DNA from: Podarcis filfolensis
Lineage: Eukaryota
Reading direction: 5' to 3' (one strand)
DNA length: 64,000 nucleotides
Assembly (NCBI GenBank): GCA_964270895.1
Contig: OZ185438.1
The first letter of the stretch is position 1. Each line of letters starts with the position of its first letter. This document shows, in pieces, positions 12,680 to 24,994 of this stretch. A program made the translations under genes and the position numbers. The notes under the pieces were generated by a model. The model searched no databases. It was given only the letters and a program-made list of their open reading frames with translations, and had not been told where the DNA came from.

Positions 12680-12815
12680 AAGGAAGCTGCCGTATAGTGA
12701 ATAAGCCATTGGCCCATCTAGCTTAATATTGTCTACACTGAATGACAGTGGCTCTGTCAGTTTTATATGGGAGCCCGACCTGAAGATGCCAGGAACTAAA
12801 GTTGGGTCTTCCTTT
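12680..12815 (-). mobile_element. Degenerate tRNA-derived SINE with CR1-like tail (Squam2-like)
   Basis: GGAAGCTGCCGTATAGTGA..CCATTGGCCCATCTAGC..ATATTGTCTACACTGA..GAAGATGCCAGGAACTAAAGTTGGGTC, similar to the copies at 50355 and 58630/59080. Confidence 0.55.
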
Positions 12816-12826
12816 CAGTCACCTTT

Positions 12827-13072
12827 AAAGAAGGAGGAATTTGGATTTGATATCCTGCTTCATCACTACCCTATGGAATCTCAAAGCGGCTAATCATCTC
12901 CTTTCCCTTCCTCCCCCACAACAAACACTCTGTGAGGGGAGTGGGGCTGAGAGACTTCAAAGAAGTGTGACTAGCCCAAGGTCACCCAGCAGCTGCATGT
13001 GGAGGAGCGGGGAAGCGAACCTTGTTCACCAGATTACGAGTCTACCACTCTTAACCACTACACCACACTGGC
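12827..13072 (-). mobile_element. Squam3-like SINE
   Basis: High identity to the copy at 125-372. Confidence 0.9.
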
Positions 13073-13361
13073 AGTGCAGTCCTATACTTATGTACCTAAC
13101 AGGGATTCACTTCTGAGCAGGAGTGAAGGGAATGCCACCCTTCTGGCAGTGGTGTTCCTGCTGCTTACTGGAGTGTGAGCCACGGTGCCACTGAAATTGG
13201 GCCAGTGCTGACTTGCCACACAGACTCGACCTCAATGTCAGCCTGCCCCTCCCTGGTCTTGTAAGCGACAGTGACACTGCAGTTGGGAGGGTGGTAGCAG
13301 AGCATTGCTTCACCATGCCAGTCACTCCTGCTTCTGAGTAGACATGTAACAGAATTGCAGT
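13073..13361. mobile_element. Old MITE-like element with imperfect terminal inverted repeats
   Basis: The left end GCAGTCCTATACTTATGTACCT is roughly complementary to the right end GAGTAGACATGTAACAGAATTGCAG. There is an inner inverted pair AGCAGGAGTGA / TCACTCCTGCT. Confidence 0.4.
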
Positions 13362-15124
13362 GTAAATCGTCAAGAAAATCCTGGCACATGCCCCTGACAG
13401 GGACTCAAGGCGGCTTACAGATAAATGCATGCATTCCTTAGGTCACTCATTCAGGACTTCCATGTATGAATCGGAGCACATGGGGCTCTACAATAGGAGC
13501 AATTGGTGAGATTTGTCAAATTGAACCTATTTCTCAGTGATATGCAACATGTTGAAAAACTTAATATTGAAGATTGCATCTTCAACATTTCACAATTATC
13601 ATTGGATTTTAACACACAGCCACCATTTTAGACAAGAGTATTCTTTTAATAGTTACATCATATTGCCGCTTGTGAGGTATTTCTTAAGTGTTACTACATC
13701 AGAATTTTTTTTTAAAGTCATACTGAAAGCAACCAGGTTCTGCATCAGTACACTCCCTCAGTTTTTTTTAGCAAAAGCAAGAAGTGAAGGCTGAGGAAAT
13801 TTGAAAATGTAAATAGAAAAATGTCCTTGATATTTCTTTTAAAACCAGGGGAAAATAATAATGTGCTTTTATTGGACTATGTAGGTCATCAAATATAACT
13901 GCACGTACAACTTATTGTAATGTCTAGTCCTCATAAATGGATTAATGGATTTCTTTTTTCAGACTTTCCAAAACAATACTCACTTTGAGCTTAAAACACA
14001 AATGAGAATTTTCAGCCAAAAAGGTCATTGTTTCAGAAGTTACAAACCACTGTAGACAGAGGACTCAGAATGAAAGTGCTGCTTCATCTATAACTATTAT
14101 AAAGATAGCTAATGAATTTAAAGTACATTCTGGAAAGAATAAATAAAATTTGCAATACTGATGTGCCCTATATAGACTACAGGAAAGTGACCAAGTGAGA
14201 AAATGCCAAATAAAAATTGTCTTGTTCTAGAGCCATCCATTCATAAGAAATATTCAGAGATTGTTCCACTGCATCTAAATATTTCAGTAAAGCCTTAAGA
14301 GCTACACTCTTAAATGTAAAAAATATATACTTTTTATGCTAAATAATATTGGTTCTAATTGATGCCAGTTCTCAGCCTTACTTAGCTTCTGACTAGTATT
14401 TGCTCTGCTGCAAATACACAGGGTTGTGTATTTGTGTTTTATTAGAGGGCTGGAGAAATATCATCATCTCAGCTGTGAGTCCTGGAATACCTGCTCCCTG
14501 CCTTGCAGGCCTTTTCCCACCTGGCCTGGGAGGTTGAGGCTCAGACTGACTCCAGCTACAGTTCTTTCGGGGGATACAGACACATAGAGAAAGCTTTTTT
14601 TAAAAAAAATGGCTCTAGAAATTTAATTCTCATCCCTGCTTATAAATGACAGTAAAATAAATGATACACAACTTGTTTTAGCATAGCAATCTTCCGGTAC
14701 TCTGGATGGCACTCACTAAAACCTCACATTTCTTACTTGTGCTGTTACATTCCTCATTTCTATGTAACATTTGAACAATCTGTCAAGGATGTGAAGATTC
14801 TGGCAGCATTTGTTCCTTTGCTACCAGTTTATGCCTGTTAAAGCATAGTGTGTAATTGGTGGCTCGGACTCTAATTGGCTTGGTAACATGGGACAATATC
14901 TACTTTTGTGTGCTAGTTTATCAAGCCAAGCCATATTGACTGCTGGCTGGCCAAAGTACTAAGTGTAGCTGATTTGTTTGTACAGTAAACACGACACTGC
15001 ACAAGACTGATGCTCTAGAGAAGCTTACTTCATAACGCACAGCGAGTGTGGTGTTCTGGACTTTTATGCAACGTTAATTTCCGGCCTTGGGGTTACCAGA
15101 GCACAGATTACTGTAGCCAAGTTA

Positions 15125-15350
15125 TTTTGTAGTTAAACTGATGGAAGGCACATCACACCGCTGAAGCCACTTGTACCTCAACAGCAAAGGATAAAAAAAA
15201 AAACCACCCAAACCATGAACCCTCTCCTTCAGAGGGGGTGTGATTACACCACTTAGCTGGTCAGAAGAACCACCCACCAACAGCATCTCAGTCCTGTCTG
15301 GAATAAGCTTCTGTTTATCAGCCCTCATCTAGTCCATTATCACAACCAAG
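15125..15350 (-). mobile_element. L2 ORF2 fragment (post-RT region)
   Basis: The ORF MRADKQKLIPDRTEMLLV...PLKERVHGLG resembles the L2 motif MRANKLKLNPDKTEVLLV...PLKEQVRSLG. Confidence 0.65.
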
Positions 15351-17067
15351 CACTGATTCACTCCCTCACCTGCAGAAAATGAAAAGGACAACTAGAGCTG
15401 TGTGTTTTCAGTATACTGATGACAACACATTCTAAAACACTATGACCCCACTCAGTGACTTCCGCAGAAGTTAAACAGCATGGGGGACATATCCAACCCA
15501 TGCAGAACCCCATTCTGGAGAACCCACAAAGCTGAATAATGCTCCTCAACAACCACCTTCTGGAGCCAGTCTTCCCAGTAGGAGCAGAACCATCATAATG
15601 CAAACTCTTGTTTTTTAAGTTGAAAGGTCTGCCTGTTGCACCTTTTGAACTGTGATGGGTATCATCACTTAACATTGCAGTCACTGAGGGTTGAACTCGT
15701 GTGAGAGACCTTATCATACATTAATACTCATGGAATAAGTCCCTGAGCCAGCAGCTGGATGCTTATGTTTATAGCTCTGTTATTGAATAAAGTTGTGCCC
15801 CAACCTGCCCCCCCACCCCCATCTCAACCCACTACTTCAGGGATTCCTAAAAAGCTTATGAATGACAGCAATGAATTCTAACTTTTGCTTTCCATTAAAA
15901 AAAACCCACTGTGAGAAGACAGGACAAGATCTTGGTGTATTCTGAAGGCACATTCTAGCAAACTCAAGTAAAGAATATCCACTATGTCAGTTGGTGATAT
16001 TAGAGCAAAGAATTCTAAAAATCCTGTTTTAGAGCACACGTTCACAGAAACCAGTGACTGTTATTTCAGTAACAAGAACAATACTTCTATGTGGATGTGT
16101 TAATCTCATTCTGCTAGTAGCCAGTCAACGCTGCCCTTCATTTTCATTTTCCGAAGTGAATGCCCTCTTCCATTTCCCCTAGTGAGATAGAATTGTTTGT
16201 ACCATATCAGAGGCTACACATTTTAGTAAATAATGTTAGTGCTGTGAAAGTCTCAACATCAACATATGTCTTCACAGACTGATTCTAGATATAATTTCTC
16301 GCCTAAACAGACTTAAATGATAGTTTCTGCTTTGATCTTTTCTCTCCCTGCTCTGTTAGGGGCACCATATCTGCAGGGCTTGGAGTTTATAAAAAGGCAG
16401 CCATGTTTTATAAGCCTTTGATGATATCTTTAAACATAGCTTTGATTTTAAAGTTGCATTCAACACTTTCTCCATTAACCTTGATTCCATTTTGGAATTA
16501 GAATCACTATGGCTCTCCCAAAAGGCCAATTTGGAAATCTGCAGTCACTTGCAGACTGGATTTTCTTTTTGCGTCCCTTTATAAGGGAACACAGTAGGGT
16601 TAAAATACTTGTGTTACTGAAAGTATATTGCTTTTAAATAAATATATATATATGGATGTTTACTCAGAATTAAGGCCTATTGTGTTTAATGGGGCTTGCT
16701 TCTCCTTAATGAGTGTGGACAGTATTCATGCAGCCTCATCTATTTCACAAGTTTCCAAACTACTGCATGTTGCAAAGGATTCAAAATGGTGTTCTAAAGA
16801 GTACACTTGGTTAATGCGGAACTCTGGTGAGTCCTGCGGTACCTCATCATGGCTCCCCATGAATAGGCCAGAAAGCATCCTCCACTGTGCATCACAAAAA
16901 AGGAATGATATTCTTGGGTAAATTGTCTTGCTTGGAAACTTGTACTGTATATAATTAATGATCTTCTCACTGAAGACCCCCTGAGTCTCCCCAAACACAG
17001 TTAAAAAGCCAATGCTCTTTCCATTGGAAACTGCAAGCTAAAATGGTTCAGTCATTTAATATTGGGT

Positions 17068-17520
17068 AGGTCACTGGTGTAGTGTAACATATGCAGAGTT
17101 AGGTTTAGTCTAGGGAGACCCGGATTCAAATCCCTGCTCAGACAGATACTAGATGTATGGTGATTGACCCAGATTTTTGAATGCAATATATAAACTAGGT
17201 GATAGGGCTTGCTTTAATAACAAAAGTGCAAGGTGAGAGAGGGGCACTGAAGCTGAGGAGCACTTCCTGCAGTTCCCCTCACACCAGAGTTTATCCCCCA
17301 CCCTGCAGGCAGTTCAGAGCCTGGGTTAGGGACTAGAGTTGAGAGGAGAGGCTGCAGGAAGAGGGTTCAGAACCACTTACCCTTTCATTCCTTTTGCTTT
17401 AGAAATTGGGACTTCGTCATAAATCTCAGTGGGAGACTGGGCAAATCATTAACTCTCAGCTTAACCTACACTGAAAGACTGTTATGAGGGTAAAGTGTAA
17501 GATCACCCGTAGCTTCTTGG
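17068..17520 (+). mobile_element. Old CORE/MIR-like SINE, apparently split by an insertion at about 17150-17420
   Basis: tRNA-like head CTGGTGTAGTG...GGAGACCCGGATTCAAATCCCTGCTCAG. The body resumes with CTGGGCAAATCATTAACTCTCAGCTTAACCTAC...GTTATGAGGGTAAA. Confidence 0.45.
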
Positions 17521-17931
17521 AGGAAAGACAGCATAACAAGAAATACAATTAATTAAATGAAGTCTGCCTAGCATTAGTGCATATGACAATTTGAACCTAG
17601 TGTAGTGGTTTGAGTCAAACATAAATGCAATCAGGTTTATCTTCCGTAGCAAATGACTCCTAAAAACAGAATTCAAGGCACCATCATGTCATCTCTTGCA
17701 GTGATGATCCAAGCCCAGGTGAGAAAGAAAGAGGCCAGTCTGTTACTGTATCAATTGATGGGTAGGCTTCATAGCCTTTGAACTGGCTACAGAGAAACTC
17801 GATATATTTAAGATATGTACATCAGAATCTCAGGCCTTCGTTAGGAGATAGTAGAAGCATTGCTGTGATTATGAAGACTGCAAAGAGGTTGCTTAACCAG
17901 GATCACAAGGTAAACAAATGGCTCCCAAAAG

Positions 17932-18024
17932 CAGTGGTCCCCAACCTGGTGCCCTCCAGATGTAGCCAAACAGATGGCTCCCTACAACAGCTGTCAACAG
18001 CCTGGTGCCCTCAAGATCTTTTGG
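17932..18024. mobile_element. hAT-type MITE, left part (interrupted by L2)
   Basis: CAGTGGTCCCCAACCTGGTGCCCTCCAGATG, followed by a second CCTGGTGCCCTCAAGATCTTTTGG. The matching right part lies at 19185-19276. Confidence 0.6.
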
Positions 18025-19184
18025 TCTTGGTTGCGCTGGTCGATGATCTCTGGTGGGCTAGAGACAAAGGTGAGAGATGTTTCCTAGTTCTGTTGGATCT
18101 CTTTTGATACCACCGACCATAAAATCCTTCTGGACCATCTTGAGAGGCTGGGAGCTGGGGGCACTGTTATACAGTGGTTCCACTCCTTCCTCCTGGGTTG
18201 TGTTCAGAAAGTGGTGTTGGGGGATGAGTGTTCAAATCCCTGGGCTCTAACTTGTGGGGTGCCTCAGGATCCCGTCCTCTCCCCCATGCTTTTCAACATC
18301 TACATGAAGCAGCTGGGAGAGATCATTAGGGGGTTTGGGCTGGGTGTTCATCAGTATGCGGATGATACCCAGCTCTACCTCTCTTTCAAATCAGAACCAG
18401 TGAAGGCAGTGAAGGTCCTGTGTGAGTATCTGGAGGCGGTAGGAGGATGGAGGGAGGCTAACAGATTGAGTCATTTTGGACTCTCGGCTGTCCATGGAGG
18501 CACAGGTCAATTCTGTGTCCAGGGCAGCTGTTTACCAGCTCCATCTGGTACGCAGGCTGAGACCCTACCTACCCGTGGACTGTCTTGCCAGAGTCGTGCA
18601 TGCTCTGGTTATCTCCCGCTTGGACTACTGCAATGTGCTCTATGTGGGGCTACCTTTGAAGGTGACCTGGAAACTACAACTAATCCAGAATGTGGCAGCT
18701 AGACTGCTGACTGGGATCGGCCACCGAGACCACATAACACCGCTCTTGAAAGACCTACATTGGCTCCCAGTAAGTTTCTGAGCACAATTTGAAGTGTTGG
18801 TGCTGACCTTTAAAGCCCTAAACAGCCTCGGCCCAGTATGCCTGAAGGAGCGTCTCCACCCCCATCATTATGCCCTGACACTGAGGTCCAGCACCGAGGG
18901 CCTTCTGGTGGTTCCCTCACTGCGAGAAGTGAAGTTACAGGGAACCAGGCAGAGGGCCTTCTCAGTAGTGGCCCTGTGGAACGCCGCCCCCATCAGATGT
19001 CAAGGAAATAAACAACTATCTGGCTTTTAGAAGACATCTGAAGGCAGCCCTGTTTAGGGGAAGCTTTTAATATCTGAAGGACTATTGTATTTTAATATTT
19101 TTTTGGAAGCCACCCAGAGTGGCTGGGGAAACCCAGTCCGATGGGTGGGGTATAAATAATAAATTGTTATTAATTATTATTATT
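18025..19184 (+). mobile_element. 5'-truncated L2-clade LINE with disrupted reverse transcriptase
   Basis: RT motifs LVALVDDL, LVLLDL, CGVPQ, LSPMLFNIYM and HQYADDTQLY are present, followed by RLDYCN, LQLIQN and LKDLHWLPV. It has frameshifts, an internal deletion near 18465 and a (TAA/TTA)n tail. Confidence 0.92.
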
Positions 19185-19276
19185 GTTTGGACTATAACTC
19201 CCATCTGCCCCAGTCAATACAGCTGATGAGAGCTGTAGTCTAAAACATCTGGAGGGCACCGGGTTGGTGAAAGCTG
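19185..19276. mobile_element. hAT-type MITE, right part
   Basis: TTTGGACTATAACTCCCATC...GCTGTAGTCTAAAACATCTGGAGGGCACCGGGTTGG is complementary to the left part at 17932. Confidence 0.65.
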
Positions 19277-19556
19277 CCCTACAATTACTGTATGTATCTC
19301 TTGAGGTACATCCTCTACATTATTCCTTTCCATTTCCCAATTCAACTTTGACAGAAAAGAACTTGCCAGGTAATCTACTTGCATCATTTTTTCCCTTTCC
19401 AACTATTTGCATGTGTTGCAACTTTTGAGGACTAGCAGCTTATCTGACATTTTTCAAGTGGTGTCTTATGACCAGCTCTCCCCCCCCCCCCCACTTTCCC
19501 CTGCCATTCCATTATAGACGGAAACATTCTTGTCCTGCTGGAAAACATTCAGTGCC

Positions 19557-19839
19557 NNNNNNNNNNNNNNNNNNNNNNNNNNNNNNNNNNNNNNNNNNNN
19601 NNNNNNNNNNNNNNNNNNNNNNNNNNNNNNNNNNNNNNNNNNNNNNNNNNNNNNNNNNNNNNNNNNNNNNNNNNNNNNNNNNNNNNNNNNNNNNNNNNNN
19701 NNNNNNNNNNNNNNNNNNNNNNNNNNNNNNNNNNNNNNNNNNNNNNNNNNNNNNNNNNNNNNNNNNNNNNNNNNNNNNNNNNNNNNNNNNNNNNNNNNNN
19801 NNNNNNNNNNNNNNNNNNNNNNNNNNNNNNNNNNNNNNN
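19557..19839. other. Assembly gap (283 N)
   Basis: Run of N. Confidence 1.
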
Positions 19840-19910
19840 GCTTCCGTCTGGGCGTCTGGCACTTTGCCCTGAATTTCTTTTAGTGTCTTCTCAGCTTCGT
19901 TGCTGCTCAT
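19840..19910 (-). CDS. Candidate alternative first coding exon, running into the gap
   Basis: GGAAAAAC-ATG (A at -3) then MSSNEAEKTLKEIQGKVPDAQTE. There is no polypyrimidine acceptor upstream, and a TATAAA lies on the minus strand at 20220-20225. Confidence 0.4.
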
Positions 19911-20529
19911 GTTTTTCCAGCAGATATTTAGCACAGATTACAAAATATCTGTTCCTGGCAACTTTATTAGCTTTTTTTTCTTGCAAAAAGTTTATTCCTT
20001 TTATCCCTACGTCAGAAATCCTGGATTAGGGATGTAGTAGCCTGCTGCAATCGTATCAGCTATGAGATTGGCTTTGTCCTGCCACAAAGTCCTAATAGAT
20101 GATCTCTCTCTCTCTCTCTGATGCAAGGCTTTTATATTAGCATTATACTGATGGCTCACTGCATCAGTGAAGTTAATTAGGGTTGCCAGTTTTTTAAATA
20201 TCGTTCCTGATCCTCGGCCTTTATAACAGCATCCTAGTATGTAGAAGAAGATGAGAGAGGAAGACGAAGAAGAAATTAAGCTGCCACATTTTTTCCTCAT
20301 CACTTTTATCTTCATGCCAGGAACTACTTCACCTGCTAAATTTATGCCTGGCACAGTAGTAAGGCAAGTTAAAAAGATGGCAAGCTTCATGTGACACCAA
20401 AACATTACAATATAAGAGAAACATATTATTCATTAAGTTGGACCATTTGACTCCAACATCTTGGAAAGTGTAAGAGGATAAATAGAGCAGGCAGGAAGTT
20501 TATCATTTTCTCATACTGGTCAACTGGAG

Positions 20530-21590
20530 GGCTGGGTGGTGGTGGTGGGGCTTCTTTTGTCTACTTCATCAGTTTCAGCCTCTTCCCACCACACTCTTCA
20601 TCTTACTCCCTACTGCATTTGTGGGTTGCAGTTGTTTATTGGCCACCTTGCCCTCTTTTATCCTTTATATCGGGTTTTGGTTCCTGGCTCACTGTTGTTG
20701 TTTTTCTTCCTCCAGATAATACTTTGGTACTCGGGCACCGCAATATTCATCTGGATAATCTGTTTGATTCTTCTGGTTCTCATTTTCTCTCATCTATCAC
20801 TTCTTATGATATGAAATCTCAGATTAATTTTGCTACCCTTTTGGTGTAGCTCATGTCCCACCTCAACTGAGTTCTGCTCTTGCCCTGAGCTGTGGTTTAC
20901 TCTTTGCATTTGATATCTCCAATCCTGTGCTAGGCTGGCTGAATGTCTTCGGAAGCAGACTAAGAAATGGATTGATTTATGTTAATTATAAATTTGTTCT
21001 TTCTTCTTTTTTTATCCTCTCTTTCTTTTGTCAAGAAGCAGTACTATTCTTCTTTAACTTCTGGGAATCCTCGTTGTTGTTTTGTTTTTTTCCCACTTTT
21101 AACTCACTCCTGAAGTCTGCTCCACTGTTTCTTCCTTCTTAACTCAGGATTTTGCCACGTTTTTTCGTATAAGATTCATATTATTTGTTCTGGTTTTGCA
21201 GCAGCTGTTACTCCTCTACTGGCTTTACATGCTATCACTCATTCTTTGACTTCTTCTTCAGCCCCTCTAGGTGGTGTCCCATTTGTTGTCCTCTCCCAAT
21301 CCTTCTACTTGTCCCCTTGATTTGGTTCCAGCTTCTCACCTAACTACCGTTGCTCCTGTCATCATCTCTCCACTTTTAACATGTCTCTTTTGTCTGGCTC
21401 ATTTCCACTAGTGCATACACATGCTACAGTTTCTCCTATTCATAAAAAAACCCTCTTGATCCCTCTTTTCTTTCTTATTATTGTCTCTTCTCTCTGCTGC
21501 CTTTTGCTTCTAAACTTTTGGAGTGTGTTGCCTGTTCTCATTGCTTGGATTTTACCCCTTCTAACTTTGCCCTGGAGCCTAAAAACTTTC
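20530..21590 (+). mobile_element. Ancient, heavily decayed L2 ORF2 (endonuclease to early RT)
   Basis: Pyrimidine-rich. Remnant motifs include VAVVYWPP (~VAVIYRPP), LGHRNIHLD (~LGDFNIHVD) and SLLSGSFP..HATVSPIHKK (~SGSFPSAFKHAVVSPILKK), then LLPFASKLLECV in a shifted frame. Confidence 0.7.
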
Positions 21591-23365
21591 ACTCAGAGGT
21601 ATGCTCCCCTGAATGAGACCCACTTGTTAGAAAGTGGACCTACAGTGCTGCCTATAAAAGGCAGATATGAAAGAAGCTGGAGCAGCCTCAGCTCCCCATA
21701 GCTTCTGAATGGTTTTTTTAGAGATCATCAATGGTAGGTTAATCATCCATCTTGAATCTGAAATCAGCTGTTGTATATACAAAAGCTCATGCCAAAAAGC
21801 AAACAAAACAGCTAAGTGCTCCAGCACTCTTTGTCATTTTTATTTTACCTTCATGACTCCAGACAAAGCTTGCAATATTCACTCTCAATCAGTTATGAAT
21901 CAATGACTCTTATTATGCAAAATAGGGTTCTCCTTTTATTAAAAGTTATACATATAGAAGATAAAAATATTTTGGTTAGTGCATTCCCATCAGAATTATG
22001 TAGTCCAGATGTCTCACTCTCCTCCATCCCCACAAGAAAGGTAAAATCACACTAGAAATGCAAACAAACATAAATGAACCAAGGAGGTAATAGAACAAAT
22101 CCTCCATTTGACCTCTTTTTCAAAGAGTAAAACTACTAACCCACATGCATCTTCCAGGGAATATGCCCTATTGAATTCAGTGGCACTAGAGATGTGCAGC
22201 CCTAGTGCCATATATCCAGCACACAACACCTGACGTCAACAGAAAGAGGCTAGCGATTTCTCAAACGCTCCTTTTGGGCCGGGAAAATAACGGGTATGAC
22301 TTCCAGCCACCCACAACCCAAATACCCTAAAGTGCGCTCTTACTAAGTCCTGTATTTGGTGTTCAGTTTTACACCTTGGTGACTTTTAATGAAATGCATT
22401 TTTTAAAAATATATCCTTCCAAAACTATTTCTTTCCAGTTTGATACGTTTAAGTTCTATTCATACAGCTTCAAGGCTTTTACCTCCACATTTAAACAGTG
22501 ATAAAGAAATTGCTATACAGTGTGAGCGTTATTCTTCATTCAGACTGTTCCTCTGAAAACAGTTCACAGGCCTTTGAGATGCAAAAATGTATAAGTCTAA
22601 TGTAGCCAAGGTCCCCACTTGCTGCACTGCTAAAATCTATTTAGCAGATTCTTCTTGGAAAAATCTGTCCCCAGACTTGAAGCTTAGTGATTTTAAGTGT
22701 TTTATGTTAATGATAACGGTTAGTGCTGAGAACAGATGTACCTGGCTGTGGTGCGATCGACTCGATTAGGCTTTTAGGAGTGCTATATTCATATTGGCTT
22801 AAAATTTTATGTCAATTTTCAAGGTGTGATGACTGTACTGGGTGTACTCAGTGTTTTTCTCTGATGTGTGATACATCATTTATGTGTGCATTTTCACAAT
22901 CTGGGAATTTCTGCACAAACAATTGAGTATATTTTCCCTACTGAGTTGCTTGCTCAAAACTTCATTCAGCACTTGTATTCTCCCCCTCTATGAAAACTAC
23001 ATTGTTTATCAATGTACAAGTATATGTGAATATTTATTTACAACTACCTGTAAAATATGTTTTACTTCAGTATCAGCTTCAATATCAGTATGTATGGAGA
23101 AGTGAAAAAAAAAGCATTCTTCAGTATATCATAGGCAGAGTGTGGTGTACAATGTGAGATACTTTTTTCTATGTGATAGCAATTTGGGGTATTATGCATG
23201 AGTGCATTTTCCCAATGAATAATGATCATAGTGTTAGTACTGTCAGTGAAAGATACTTCACTGCCTGTCTCTAAGTTAACTCTGCATTTGGAAAAATGCC
23301 TTTGTTTCAATAAAGAAAATGACACCTTTGCTTCATTTATATAGCCAAACGATGTGAGCCATATA

Positions 23366-24076
23366 CCGTATTTTTCGCCCTATAGGACGCACTTTTTCCC
23401 CTCCAAAAATGAAGGGGAAATCTGGGTGCGTCCTATGGGGCAAATGCAGGCTTTCGTTGAATCTTGGAGAGCGAGAGGGGTCGGTGCGCACCGACCCCTC
23501 TCACTCTCCAGGCTTCAGGAAGACATCCGCAGCCTAGGCAGCCCTGAAGGAGGTCCCGCAGGGATGTCTAAGCTGCGGATAGTAGCCTGCTTCCCGGAGT
23601 GTCGGGCGCCCTGAAAGCAGAGCGCCCGGCGCTTCGGGAACACATCCGCAGCCTAGGCAGCCCTGCGGGAGGTCCCGCAGGGATGTCTAGGCTGCGGATA
23701 GCAGCCTGCTTCCCGGAGCGTCGGGCGCCCTGAAAGCAGAGCGCCCGGCGCTTCGGGAACAAATCCGCAGCATGGGGAGCCCTGCAGGAGTTCCCCGCAG
23801 GGCTCCCCACGCTGCGGATAGCAGCCTGCCGCCCAGCGGGTGGGGCGCCCTGAATCAGAGCGCCCCTCGCGCTGGGCAGACATTGGCCAGCCCCACAAGC
23901 TCGGGGGACAGCAGGGAGGTGCAGCGCCGCCATCCCGCTGTTCCTCGACCTGGTTCGGTTTCTCCGACCTGCTTTTTTGGGGGGAAATAAAGGGAAAAAT
24001 TTTTTTCCTTTATTTCCCCCCCAAAAAACTAGGTGCGTCCTATGGGACGGAGTGTCCTATGGGACGAAAAATACGG
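23366..24076. mobile_element. Tc1/mariner (Tigger/pogo-like) MITE with internal GC-rich array
   Basis: TA on both sides (23364-65, 24077-78). The 25-bp TIRs CCGTATTTTTCGCCCTATAGGACGC / GTGTCCTATGGGACGAAAAATACGG are complementary at 22 of 25 bases. Confidence 0.88.
23523..23879. repeat. Three tandem 119-bp GC-rich units, each with two hairpins
   Basis: Units start at 23523, 23642 and 23761. Each holds a 23-27-bp stem and a 22-bp stem. Confidence 0.92.
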
Positions 24077-24907
24077 TACATGAAGGGGCTATCAGCAGGC
24101 TTAGGGTAATCCCATACTGCCTCTGGGCAAAATGAGATGGTGGATAACTGAGCTCTCACTAACAGTGTGCTTTGCAGTGCACTGAGCTGCTCTGTAAGGG
24201 GAAAAATGTGTTTTAAAGTGGGGAGAAGGGGCAGAAGATCTGGGGTCCAAAGCAAAAGACCTGGAGATCTGTAGACCCTGAGAAACCCTGAGAACAACAG
24301 CTCTGCATGTTCTCTAAAAGGAGATGTATTATTTCTGGCCTGTGACCATAATAAATCAATTCAACAATAACATAAGGAAATGTATATTAAGCACCTGTAT
24401 CTACAGACAGTGCACCTCCCTACTTTGGAAGAGCCACAGAAGCATAGGAAGGAAAACTTCTGGAGAATACTCAGAGCAGCCCTAAATATACAATACCACT
24501 TGGAGGAATTATAGCATAGCATTCAACAGGCTGGAGAAATCTTGCAAGACTGAACTCTCAAAAAGCAATTGGCACCTCAGCCTTCAGCCTTTTCAGATTT
24601 AATCAAATCCTTTCACAGTGGCTATAAGTTCACACAACTATTCATGGATCCCCAAAACACAACTGGGGATGTCAAAAGGACATGACTTATGGTACCTATG
24701 TGACAAAACAGCAAGGAATTATTAGCACATCAGCCATAAGTAGTCATTTGACTTTGGGTAATTTTTGACACCATAAACATAATACTCGTTTATATAATCC
24801 CTAGGAACTCATCTAGTTGCTGCTAATTCAGAAGTATAAATGTAGATGTTCATTAAAACCATACATGGCAACCATGGAGACATTGTACACAGTCTGAATA
24901 AACATGT

Positions 24908-24994
24908 AGTGTAATCCTTTGCATGTTTCTCAGAAGTAAGTCCTACTATGCTTAATGGGACTTATTTCCAGCTAGGTATGTATAGGATTGTAGC
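24908..24994. mobile_element. Short palindromic lizard repeat (CAATCCTATGCATGT...GTAAGTCC..ATGGGACTTA...ATAGGATTG type)
   Basis: Imperfect palindrome GTAATCCTTTGCATG / TATGTATAGGATTGTAGC. A similar relic lies at about 16655-16735. Confidence 0.5.

Noticed and set aside
19468-19934. Long ORFs spanning N runs (also 36795-37172)
   Set aside because: Their length comes from the gaps. Only the ATG-proximal part at 19840-19910 is kept as a candidate.
23523-23879. CRISPR-like repeat array
   Set aside because: The units are contiguous 119-bp tandem repeats with no unique spacers, they lie inside a TA-flanked MITE in a vertebrate genome, and there are no cas genes.
23354-24109. Cluster of overlapping ORFs
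   Set aside because: These arise from GC-rich repeat sequence with few stop codons and show no protein-like features.
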